Positions 16,633-24,591 of a stretch of 32,000 nt of DNA are shown here, piece after piece; the stretch's first letter is position 1, and each line of letters starts with the position of its first letter. The translations under genes were made by a program, and so were the position numbers. Source of the DNA: Candidatus Iainarchaeum sp. GTDB taxonomy: Archaea > Iainarchaeota > Iainarchaeia > Iainarchaeales > 0-14-0-20-34-12. The notes beneath the pieces were generated by a model. The model worked only from the letters and a program-made list of their open reading frames with translations, had not been told where the DNA came from and did not search any database. The DNA lies in assembly GCA_030649345.1 (NCBI GenBank), contig JAUSKK010000022.1, positions 10,613 to 42,612 on the forward strand, given 5' to 3'.

Positions 16633-19206
16633 TTATCCAACTGTGCCTAGCTTGTCAACTTCTAGATTGACTAAGCGGGAAAATTCAATAGCATACTCTA
16701 AAGGCAATTCTCGTGCCACTTCGTTTAAGAAACCCAAAACAATCATGGAACGCGCTTCATTGTCGGTTAAACCGCGGGAAGTTAAATAAAAAATTTGCTC
16801 GTCAGAAATCTTGTTGACTGTAGCTTCGTGTGCAATGCTGGCAGTGGGTTCGTAAATTTCATTGTGAGGAAAAGCATAACTTTTTGAAAAATCATCCAAA
16901 ATTAAACCAGAACAACACACGTACGAACTGGCATTTTTAGCTCCTTTGTTGATTCTTAAAAGACCGCGGTATACTGAGGTTCCTCCGCCCATGGAAATAC
17001 TTTTGGCAATTACATTGGATTTCGTATTTTCTCCAACATGAATAACTTTTGCCCCCCCATCTTTCCAAGTGCCTCCGCTTCCAAAAGCAATATTTAAGTG
17101 AGTAGCTGTAGAATTGTCTCCGCGTAAAATTGTGCAAGGATACAGCATAGTTATGTATGAACCTAAACTTCCGCCCACCCATTCCATTTTTGCATTTTTG
17201 TCAACCAAAGATCTTTTTGTGTTTAAATTGTAAACATTCTTGGACCAGTTTTGCACCGTAGTATAACGAGCATCCGCATAATCCTTTACATAAATTTCTA
17301 CAACAGCGGAATGCAAAGAATATTCAGAATACTTGGGGGCCGTGCAATTATGAACTGCAACCATGTTTGCAGAATAGCTTTCGTCTTCTTCTACACCAAA
17401 GTTATAAACAGGCAAGTTTTCAACAACTCTTGTTTCAATTTTTTTAATAGGTGCATACATATAGTTTTCGTCTACGAAAAACATGGTTGCCCGTTTCTTA
17501 GAGTTTAAACTAGTCTCAATGAATTCGCCTACAAGGGCACCAAACTTTTGCATATATTCTCCGCCGATAACAATTGCGTACATAATTTGTCTGGGTGCTT
17601 TTCTAACTTGTTTGTTAATAGAAGAAGCAATACCTAAACGGAGCAAAATTTCACGAACTTGATAAGCTAAAGTTTTGCTCACAGTATTAATTCTAAACAT
17701 TTCTTTTCGGCCCCAAGCATACTTTTTATTCATATAACTACCGTCTCCAAAATACAGAGATTTAATAAGTTCAGCTTGTTTTTCTGGGCTTTCCAGCATC
17801 ATCCATTCAGGAATTTGTTTAGTGTTGCTGGAATGACCAAAGTGTTCCAATACACGTGCAATTTTTGCACCGGAAACAGTTATAGAAATACCATGATTTG
17901 TTTTATGCACTGATTCACAGAATTTTTCGACACCAAAAACTTTTGAAAACAAGAGCTTCGTCTCATCAATGTATTCTTTTTCATTAACATTAAATGAAAC
18001 CGATGAAGAAAAACCACGATTTGTACTGCCTTCAGATAAAAAATATCCTGCTAATTTGAAGAAATCCTTATTGGCCTTAACTTTTTCCTTTACTTTAATA
18101 AATTGACGTGTTCTGTCAGAGATAGACATACTAATTTCAAAGTCATAAAAGTTGTTGGAAATAATTTTTTTGTTGATTGGAATCGCTACATAATCTCCTT
18201 GTTGAAGATTTTTAGCTTCAGCCCATTCGGGGTTCCATTCTTTGTTTCGCTCATTTGAATATTTTCTTCGAACTGCATAAAATGGATGTTCTTCTGTAGC
18301 TTCAATTTCTTGAGTGGTATCTCCATAAATATGAATTTTATGCAAGACACCAGTATACGGTCGCACTTGAGTAAAGTAAACACGCTTAAAATTTCCTTCA
18401 TGAGTCAAAACCTTGTCTTCTTTCTGAACTTCTTCAATCGGTTGAATACCATGTTCTGTTCGAATGCTGGTTCCAGCAGTAAAACAACCTTCCAAAAAAT
18501 GAACTTTGGATTTAGGTTCTGCAATAATTAAAGTATGTTCAAATTGTCCTTCTTGGGCAGCGTTCATTCGATAATAAGCTTGTAAAGGCAAATCTACTTT
18601 CACTCCTTCGGGTACGTACACAAAACTTCCGCCAGACCAAAAAGCGGCATGCAAAGCAGAAAACTTGTTGTCATGAATGGGCACAGCTTGCATAAAATAT
18701 TTTTTCACTAAATCCGGATGTTCTTGCATGGCAGTATCTACATCGGTGAAAATAACTCCTTGCTTGGCCCATTTTTCCTGCAGGTTATGATAAATGGTAT
18801 CGCTTTCGTATTGAGCAACAGAGCCGGCTAAATATTTTTGTTCAGCTTCAGGCACACCAATTTTGTCAAACGTGTCTTTAATTTCTTTGGGAACATCTTC
18901 CCAATTGGTTACTTTTTTGGAATCCGGACGAATATAACAAGTTAATTCTTCAAAATCAATATTATGCAAATTAGGCCCCCATTCTGGTAAAGGTCTTTCT
19001 AAAAAATGCTTTAATGCTTTCAAGCGCAAATCCAGCATCCATTTAGGTTCATCTTTTTGTTTAGATAAATCTTCCACAATGGCTTCCGAAATTCCTTTCT
19101 GAGAACGAAATGAAAGTTTATCTTGAGTAATGAAATTGTATTTTTCCAGTTCCATTTCAGCAAGCTCTTGTCTTCCTTTGACTTGTTCTTGAGTTAATTC
19201 AACCAT
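16633..19206 (-). CDS. sufB: Fe-S cluster assembly protein SufB, interrupted by an in-frame intein
   Basis: 857 aa. The exteins total 477 aa and rejoin as ...KVHFLEG/CTAPKYSEYSLHSAVVEIY..., the conserved EGCTAP...SLHSAVVE core. The C-terminal ISDEQIFYLTSRGLTDNEARSMIV is also present. An AGGTGA Shine-Dalgarno lies upstream. Confidence 0.95.
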   Translation of the reverse strand: MVELTQEQVKGRQELAEMELEKYNFITQDKLSFRSQKGISEAIVEDLSKQKDEPKWMLDLRLKALKHFLERPLPEWGPNLHNIDFEELTCYIRPDSKKVTNWEDVPKEIKDTFDKIGVPEAEQKYLAGSVAQYESDTIYHNLQEKWAKQGVIFTDVDTAMQEHPDLVKKYFMQAVPIHDNKFSALHAAFWSGGSFVYVPEGVKVDLPLQAYYRMNAAQEGQFEHTLIIAEPKSKVHFLEGCFTAGTSIRTEHGIQPIEEVQKEDKVLTHEGNFKRVYFTQVRPYTGVLHKIHIYGDTTQEIEATEEHPFYAVRRKYSNERNKEWNPEWAEAKNLQQGDYVAIPINKKIISNNFYDFEISMSISDRTRQFIKVKEKVKANKDFFKLAGYFLSEGSTNRGFSSSVSFNVNEKEYIDETKLLFSKVFGVEKFCESVHKTNHGISITVSGAKIARVLEHFGHSSNTKQIPEWMMLESPEKQAELIKSLYFGDGSYMNKKYAWGRKEMFRINTVSKTLAYQVREILLRLGIASSINKQVRKAPRQIMYAIVIGGEYMQKFGALVGEFIETSLNSKKRATMFFVDENYMYAPIKKIETRVVENLPVYNFGVEEDESYSANMVAVHNCTAPKYSEYSLHSAVVEIYVKDYADARYTTVQNWSKNVYNLNTKRSLVDKNAKMEWVGGSLGSYITMLYPCTILRGDNSTATHLNIAFGSGGTWKDGGAKVIHVGENTKSNVIAKSISMGGGTSVYRGLLRINKGAKNASSYVCCSGLILDDFSKSYAFPHNEIYEPTASIAHEATVNKISDEQIFYLTSRGLTDNEARSMIVLGFLNEVARELPLEYAIEFSRLVNLEVDKLGTVG
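17347..18486 (-). mobile_element. Intein (380 aa) with a LAGLIDADG homing endonuclease domain inside sufB
   Basis: It starts at Cys1 (CFTAGTSIRTEHG, block A) and has block B IEATEEHPFY and blocks F/G VYNFGVEEDESYSANMVAVHN followed by +1 Cys. Two LAGLIDADG motifs, FFKLAGYFLSEGS and LIKSLYFGDGSY, both retain the acidic residue. I checked the coordinates codon by codon: TGT at complement 18484-18486 and AAT at 17347-17349. Confidence 0.9.
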
Positions 19207-19244
19207 AACTTGTTCACCTAAAATTTATTTAACTTTAATTTTAA

Positions 19245-20063
19245 TTATTCAACTGTGTGTGTTTCTTGCCATTCTTTGTGCCATTCCTGGATTGATTCGT
19301 ATCCTGTAGTTTCCAATTCATTGGCTAAACTAGCTGGACCAGATTTTACAATTTTTCCATCCACCAAAACATGAACAAAAGTTGGATTAATGTAATCCAA
19401 AACTCGTTTGTAATGAGTAATGATTAATATTCCCATTTCAGTTTTGCGTTCTTCAAACACAAGATTAATTCCTTGAGCTACTGTTCGCACTGCATCAATA
19501 TCTAGGCCTGAATCAATTTCATCCAAGATTGCAAGCTTAGGTTTCAAAACTGACATTTGGAGTACTTCAGCTCGTTTTTTTTCTCCGCCTGAAAAACCTA
19601 AATTTAAATCTCGTTTTGCAAAATCTTCAGAAATATGCAATTGGTTTAATTTTTCTTTTAAATCTTTTTGAAATTGGATTGCTGTGCTTGTACCAGTTCC
19701 TGAAACATTTCCTTTATTGTCTAATTGAACATTGTGAACAGCTAAATAAGAACGCCGCAAAAAAGTACTCATTTTTACTCCTGGAACTTCCACTGGATAC
19801 TGGAAAGCTAAAAACAATCCTGCTTTGGCTCGTTCATTGGGAAGCAAAGTTAAAACATTTTGACCATTTAATAAAATTTGTCCTTGAGTTACTTTGTATT
19901 TAGGATGACCCATAATAATATTTGACAAAGTACTTTTTCCTGAACCATTGGGACCCATGATGGCATGAATTTCTCCGGCTTGAATGATTAAATTAATTCC
20001 ACGCAAAATGGATTTGCCTTCAATTTCGGCATGCAAGTTTTTAATTTCCAATAAATTATTCAT
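19245..20063 (-). CDS. sufC: Fe-S cluster assembly ATPase SufC
   Basis: 272 aa. Has Walker A GPNGSGKST, the ABC signature FSGGEKKR, Walker B LAILDEIDSGLD and the H-loop ITHY. Confidence 0.95.
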   Translation of the reverse strand: MNNLLEIKNLHAEIEGKSILRGINLIIQAGEIHAIMGPNGSGKSTLSNIIMGHPKYKVTQGQILLNGQNVLTLLPNERAKAGLFLAFQYPVEVPGVKMSTFLRRSYLAVHNVQLDNKGNVSGTGTSTAIQFQKDLKEKLNQLHISEDFAKRDLNLGFSGGEKKRAEVLQMSVLKPKLAILDEIDSGLDIDAVRTVAQGINLVFEERKTEMGILIITHYKRVLDYINPTFVHVLVDGKIVKSGPASLANELETTGYESIQEWHKEWQETHTVE

Positions 20064-20066
20064 TTG

Positions 20067-20083
20067 AAAAACCCGCGGTTTTT
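20067..20083. promoter_or_regulatory. Palindrome immediately upstream of the sufC start codon (candidate operator)
   Basis: AAAAACC-CGC-GGTTTTT is a perfect 7-bp inverted repeat and the only G+C-rich patch in an otherwise A/T spacer. It lies 3 nt from the sufC ATG (20063), downstream of TTTAAAAT-type boxes. Confidence 0.35.
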
Positions 20084-20126
20084 AAAATATTTTAAAATTA
20101 AAAATTTTAAATTCATAAATTCTCCA

Positions 20127-20489
20127 TTAAACTTTTTTACAACCCGAAGCACACATAGTGTGCGCGTGTCTATGTATAATTTGAAAAATATTGGCTTTTT
20201 CACTCGGAAACTGTAAGCCTTCTTTCACTTGTGCAACCAAAGAATATACATGTTCTTTTCCTTTTTGTTCGACATCCACATAACTACAAGTTCTCAACAT
20301 TTGCAAACTGTGCGATAATCTGCTTTGCTCTACATTCAATTCTTTGGATAATTCATTCACAGTCAACGATTTTTTCATTAAAGCTTGAATGATTTCTACA
20401 CGCAATTCATTGGCAAAAGTCTCAAAACACAAATTATACGGAACTTGAATTAAACGATGATTGGAAGCGGAAACAGAAACATTACTCAT
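20127..20489 (-). CDS. ArsR/SmtB-family winged-helix regulator with a Cys/His-rich C-terminal tail
   Basis: 120 aa. Reads FETFANELRVEIIQALMKKSLTVNELSKELNVEQSRLSHSLQMLRTCSYVDVEQKGKEHVYSL, an ArsR HTH with wing. The tail is HRHAHTMCASGCKKV. There are four Cys in total. It is the first gene of the suf cluster. Confidence 0.75.
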   Translation of the reverse strand: MSNVSVSASNHRLIQVPYNLCFETFANELRVEIIQALMKKSLTVNELSKELNVEQSRLSHSLQMLRTCSYVDVEQKGKEHVYSLVAQVKEGLQFPSEKANIFQIIHRHAHTMCASGCKKV

Positions 20490-20508
20490 ATGAAATATAG
20501 GTCATATG
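20487..20508. promoter_or_regulatory. 7-bp inverted repeat overlapping the ArsR-like gene start (candidate autoregulatory operator), with its TATA box nearby
   Basis: CATATGA (20487-20493) and TCATATG (20502-20508) are exact reverse complements. They lie between the minus-strand TATA CTTAAATAA (complement of 20512-20520) and the ATG (20489), so the transcript would be leaderless. Confidence 0.3.
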
Positions 20509-20617
20509 GCATTATTTAAGTATATTGGTGCAAAAGTGCCAATAAACAAAGACAAAAGCAGGTTTAAATAATCATACGCACAAAAGTAGTTCAATCAAAT
20601 ACAAATGTAGTGATTAT

Positions 20618-20920
20618 ATGAGTAGCATAAAGGAAACAGTTCTCTCCATTCGGATCGATAAACGACTACTTGACGAATTAGATGATTTTTCAAATAAGAA
20701 AAAAAGTACACGAGCTGAATTCATCCGTGAAGCATTAGAGACATTTGTTGATGATGTCCACAGTGGCGAAGAAGACCAATGCACGGAGGACTTTGTAAAT
20801 GCACGTATTGACGAAAAAGCATATTTAGAATATTTTAAATTCACTAAAGTACCAGAAGACATTTTGCAATTAAGAAAAGAAAATCTCACTAGGTTCAAAA
20901 ATAAAAGCAGGGGACAGTAA
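20618..20920 (+). CDS. Ribbon-helix-helix (CopG/MetJ-like) DNA-binding protein with an acidic C-terminal extension
   Basis: 100 aa. TVLSIRIDKRLLDELDDFSNKKKSTRAEFIREALETFV has the beta-alpha-alpha RHH pattern. Its stop overlaps the next ATG (TAATG). Confidence 0.6.
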   Translation: MSSIKETVLSIRIDKRLLDELDDFSNKKKSTRAEFIREALETFVDDVHSGEEDQCTEDFVNARIDEKAYLEYFKFTKVPEDILQLRKENLTRFKNKSRGQ

Positions 20921-21282
20921 TGGCTAAAAGAAAATCGAGTCTTCAGAGTCATAAAAACCACGGTACTTTAGATCAGATTAAGTGCCCAAACTGTGGCACA
21001 TTCATTCCAATTACTGAAACATTAAATCATCAGTTAAAAGAAGCGACTAGACATGAACTAGAGAAAGAGTTTAGTACAAAATTTATTCAACAAAAAGAAA
21101 AGCTTGAGAAAGACGCTATTAAAAAAGCCGAAGAAGAAGTCTCAGTAGAGATTAAAGATTACAAAAAGCAGTTACAAGAAAAAAACAAAAAATTTCAGAA
21201 AAAGATATTTCCGAGGCAGTTCAATGGGCAAGAAAAAAGTAGTCTTAAACCAACCAGCAGTTTATTAATTGATTATACTTAA
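20920..21282 (+). CDS. Zinc-ribbon plus coiled-coil protein resembling only the N-terminal third of DUF2130 proteins; likely a truncated gene
   Basis: 120 aa. IKCPNCGTFIPITETLNHQLKEATRHELEKEF followed by a K/E coiled coil matches my memory of DUF2130 N-termini. The homologous-looking part ends near an A-rich slippery tract (AAAAAACAAAAAA, about 21181-21193). The remaining sequence looks like out-of-frame read-through. Confidence 0.45.
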   Translation: MAKRKSSLQSHKNHGTLDQIKCPNCGTFIPITETLNHQLKEATRHELEKEFSTKFIQQKEKLEKDAIKKAEEEVSVEIKDYKKQLQEKNKKFQKKIFPRQFNGQEKSSLKPTSSLLIDYT

Positions 21283-21306
21283 TTTTTATGCTAAGAAAGT
21301 GGTTGA

Positions 21307-21921
21307 ATGTTTCAGTTTGTTTTTATTGATGAAAGCGGGGACTTGGGAATAAATGGTTCAAATTACCTAATTCTAGCAGCAGTTATAGTAACTGAGTACA
21401 AATCATTAGATCGAATTCTAAAAAATATGCGAAGACATAAATTCAAAAAAGAACTGAGAAAAGCAAGCGAAATAAAAGCCAACCAATCATCGGATGCAGT
21501 CGTCAAATATATGTTAGAAAAATTAAATGAAGTCAAAACCCTAAAAGTATTCTATATCGTTCTAGAAAAGAAAAAAATCTTAAGTGAATATTTAAAAAAC
21601 AATAAAGACAAATTATACAATTATGTTGCAGGAAAACTTGCAAAAAATATCATTTTGGAAGGAAATCAAATTGAAATACGAATTGATAAATCAAAAGGAA
21701 AACAACTGCTTCAAAACGATTTTAATAATTATTTTTTAAAAAACTTGAAACTCAAAGACTCAAAAATAAAACCAAAAATTTTCCACAGCAACTCACATAG
21801 CTGGAGCGGTTTGCAATTTGCAGATGTACTTGCTTGGGCTTGTTTTCAAAAGTTTGAGCACAACAATTCAGAGTTTATAGATTTGATAAAAATAGAACAA
21901 GAAGTTTATCATGTTTGGTAA
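21307..21921 (+). CDS. DUF3800-family protein
   Basis: 204 aa. Begins FVFIDESGDLG, the hallmark N-terminal D-E-S-G motif. The C-terminal region has H..SH...GLQFADVLAW. The gene is very A/T-rich. Confidence 0.7.
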   Translation: MFQFVFIDESGDLGINGSNYLILAAVIVTEYKSLDRILKNMRRHKFKKELRKASEIKANQSSDAVVKYMLEKLNEVKTLKVFYIVLEKKKILSEYLKNNKDKLYNYVAGKLAKNIILEGNQIEIRIDKSKGKQLLQNDFNNYFLKNLKLKDSKIKPKIFHSNSHSWSGLQFADVLAWACFQKFEHNNSEFIDLIKIEQEVYHVW

Positions 21922-22064
21922 AAAACACAGTACCTAAAAGCACAAAAACGTGCACCTCAAGGTACACTGGCTTTTAGGATTTACCTGATAAAGTACTAAT
22001 ACAAAGACTTAATTATAAACCTTTAGATAATCCTGAAAACAGTCAAAAACAGCCTAAAATATCG

Positions 22065-22859
22065 TTAAACCTCCACCCCATGCACTTTTTGAATAATCTC
22101 TTTACATGCTAAAACCAAACGCGGATCCGGCGAATTCAGGTTTTGTTCGTTAATGGCAAACACTTGTTTGGATTGAACTGCTTTCAGATTCTGCCAATCT
22201 GTTCGAGCAAAGACATGAGACACGTCTGATTTTTCTTTAAAGCCACACCAAGAAAGCAAAATACAATCAGGATTAAATTGTTCAATTTCTTCCAAGGAAA
22301 CTTTCCTGGAAATTTCTCCAGCTTTTAAAATTGAATTGCAATTGCAAATTTCTAAAATTTCCGGAACCCAGTTACCAGAAGCCATACAAGGATCAAACCA
22401 TTCTTCAATTAAAACATTTTTTCTAGGAAACGACTGAGCTAATTTCTTCAAATCATTTAATTCTGTTTTCATTCCAGCCATTACTTCATAGGCTTTGTCT
22501 CGCAGGTTTACTTTTTTTCCAATAAAATTAATGGATTGAAAAACATCATTCAAAGAACGAACATCTAAATGCAGAACTGGAAGTTTTCGTTTTTCTAGTT
22601 CAAAAACAATGGATTCTTGTAAAAATGTACTCGTAAAAATAATGTCCGGCTGAAGAAATTCTAGTTTTTCAAAATCAATCGAAAGCCAAGAACCTAAAAT
22701 CAATGGACCAAAACTGTTTTTGAATTTTGGACAAAAAGCAGTACAGCCGGCAATTTGATTCAACAAACCCAAGCGCAGCAAAATTTCTGTATTGCTGGGA
22801 GCCAAAGAAACAATTCTTGGATTGGAAACCTTTACACCATGAATTTCTTTATTAACCAT
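22065..22859 (-). CDS. Class III (BtuF/FepB-like) periplasmic-binding-protein fold protein lacking a signal peptide
   Basis: 264 aa. RIVSLAPSNTEILLRLGL..IAG is the typical BtuF-like N-lobe motif. There is no N-terminal hydrophobic segment, and no ABC permease or ATPase gene is adjacent. Confidence 0.65.
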   Translation of the reverse strand: MVNKEIHGVKVSNPRIVSLAPSNTEILLRLGLLNQIAGCTAFCPKFKNSFGPLILGSWLSIDFEKLEFLQPDIIFTSTFLQESIVFELEKRKLPVLHLDVRSLNDVFQSINFIGKKVNLRDKAYEVMAGMKTELNDLKKLAQSFPRKNVLIEEWFDPCMASGNWVPEILEICNCNSILKAGEISRKVSLEEIEQFNPDCILLSWCGFKEKSDVSHVFARTDWQNLKAVQSKQVFAINEQNLNSPDPRLVLACKEIIQKVHGVEV

Positions 22860-22860
22860 A

Positions 22861-24591
22861 TTATTCCTTCAGGATTTTTTCCAATTCAACTGCAATCTTT
22901 ACAGGCGTTAAGCAAACTTTTTTCTTACAGACAATGGCCTGGGTTTGAGTTAAAGTTTCCGGCAAAGAAAACAAGGCTAGCTTGGATTTGTCTGAATTTT
23001 CAATGAATTCAAATACAAGAGAATTATTCGAATGCTTGCGTAAAATAGATAGCATTTTTTGGGTTTCGGGATCTTTAAAAGAACCAACTAGTTTTACTTC
23101 AGTTAAACCATTTTTGATAATATACAAAGCTGAAAAAAGAGAAGCTGCCATTAAGTTTTCAGACAAACTTTGAGAAAGAAAACGCTTGCTTAAATCAACT
23201 GCTTTTGTTTCATATTCAGATTTTTGCAGCAAAAAAGCAAGCTTGTTTAGACAAGTAATTAAAACTGCATTTTCTTTAAATGAAACAGTTTTATGGTTTA
23301 GTTCTCCGAAGTCTTGAAAGTTTTTTGAAATATCCAAAAAAGCTTTTTCGGAATCAGAGTAAAATTTTTCAACAATTAAATCCAGCAAAGCTTTTGCTTG
23401 ATCTAGATATTTTGAATTAAACGAAAACGAATAAGCATCCAAGCAAGCTTTTAATAAAAAAGCATAATCAGAAAGCAAATGAACAGGAGCTTGCGGAGAA
23501 TTAAAGTGAAAAACTTGATTGTTCTGGAAATGATGGAAAAGCAAATAATCCAGTGTTTGAAGCGCGTTTTCTTTTAGTTCAGGTTTTTCTAAGATTTCAC
23601 TGGCTAAAAGCAAAGAACTTACCAGCAAAGAATTCCAGTCTGTAAAATGGCGTTGGTCAATAAATGGATGCGGATGTTTTTTTCGTTCGGATAAAGAAAG
23701 CGAGTAATAGTGTTCGTCTGCGTCTGTACTAGCAGAAAAAGCTTTGGTTTTAGAGTCTTGCCATTCGGTTAAAATAAAATTGACTGTTTTTTCAATAATT
23801 TGTTTGAAAAAAGTTTGATTGGTTTCAAGAAATGCAAAACAATACAAGTCTAATAATTCGGCATGGTCTTCGGACATTTTTTCAAAATGAGGCTGGGCCC
23901 AGTCTGCTTGCATAGAATATCTGAAAAATCCGCCGGCTTCTTTATCGAATAATTCACTTTGAGCCATTTTTTGCAAAGTTTGAATAAAAAACTTTAAATA
24001 TTCTGGATTTTTTGAATGCAATTGGTTAAAATATAAAAACTTTAGTAACGGAGTATGCGGAAATTTGGGAGCAGAACCAAAACCAAAATTTTCCAAATCA
24101 AATGAATTTCGAACATTAGAAGAAAACAATTGAATAGATTGAAGAACATCTAAACTTGGCAAAACAAAAACAGATTTGGTTTGAATTCTTTCCTGCAAGT
24201 TTTCAGAATAATTTTTGTTCAAAATTTCTTTTTGAGAACCATAAATGGCTAAAGATTCTTGAAGAAACGAAATAAACGAATCTTTCGGCAAATACGTTGT
24301 GCCTTGAATGGGAGCTCCTTGAGAGGTTAAAAGAACTACAGTCGGCCAGCCGCCCATGTTATAGCGTTCATTAATCTCCGGTCGTTCATCTGTGTCTACG
24401 CGAATGGGAATAAAATTTTGATTAATAAGTTGACTTACTTCCGGAGTTGAAAATGTGGTTTCATCCATTATATGGCACCAATGGCACCAGACAGCAGAAA
24501 TGGACAAAAGAATCGGCTTGTTTTCCTGTTTGGCTTTTTCAAAGGTTTCTTTACTCCAAGCAAGCCAAGCAATGTTTTTAGGTGCAACCAT
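22861..24591 (-). CDS. Thioredoxin-domain protein of the DUF255 / YyaL / SPATA20-like family
   Basis: 576 aa. The N-terminal KPILLSISAVWCHWCHIMD (CxxC-like CHWCH) is followed by a long alpha-helical, six-hairpin-like region. Confidence 0.85.
   Translation of the reverse strand: MVAPKNIAWLAWSKETFEKAKQENKPILLSISAVWCHWCHIMDETTFSTPEVSQLINQNFIPIRVDTDERPEINERYNMGGWPTVVLLTSQGAPIQGTTYLPKDSFISFLQESLAIYGSQKEILNKNYSENLQERIQTKSVFVLPSLDVLQSIQLFSSNVRNSFDLENFGFGSAPKFPHTPLLKFLYFNQLHSKNPEYLKFFIQTLQKMAQSELFDKEAGGFFRYSMQADWAQPHFEKMSEDHAELLDLYCFAFLETNQTFFKQIIEKTVNFILTEWQDSKTKAFSASTDADEHYYSLSLSERKKHPHPFIDQRHFTDWNSLLVSSLLLASEILEKPELKENALQTLDYLLFHHFQNNQVFHFNSPQAPVHLLSDYAFLLKACLDAYSFSFNSKYLDQAKALLDLIVEKFYSDSEKAFLDISKNFQDFGELNHKTVSFKENAVLITCLNKLAFLLQKSEYETKAVDLSKRFLSQSLSENLMAASLFSALYIIKNGLTEVKLVGSFKDPETQKMLSILRKHSNNSLVFEFIENSDKSKLALFSLPETLTQTQAIVCKKKVCLTPVKIAVELEKILKE

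Noticed and set aside
20618-21921. Calling the RHH/DUF2130/DUF3800 islet a bona fide mobile element
   Set aside because: I could see no integrase, transposase, tRNA attachment site or flanking direct repeats. It is reported only as an accessory islet.
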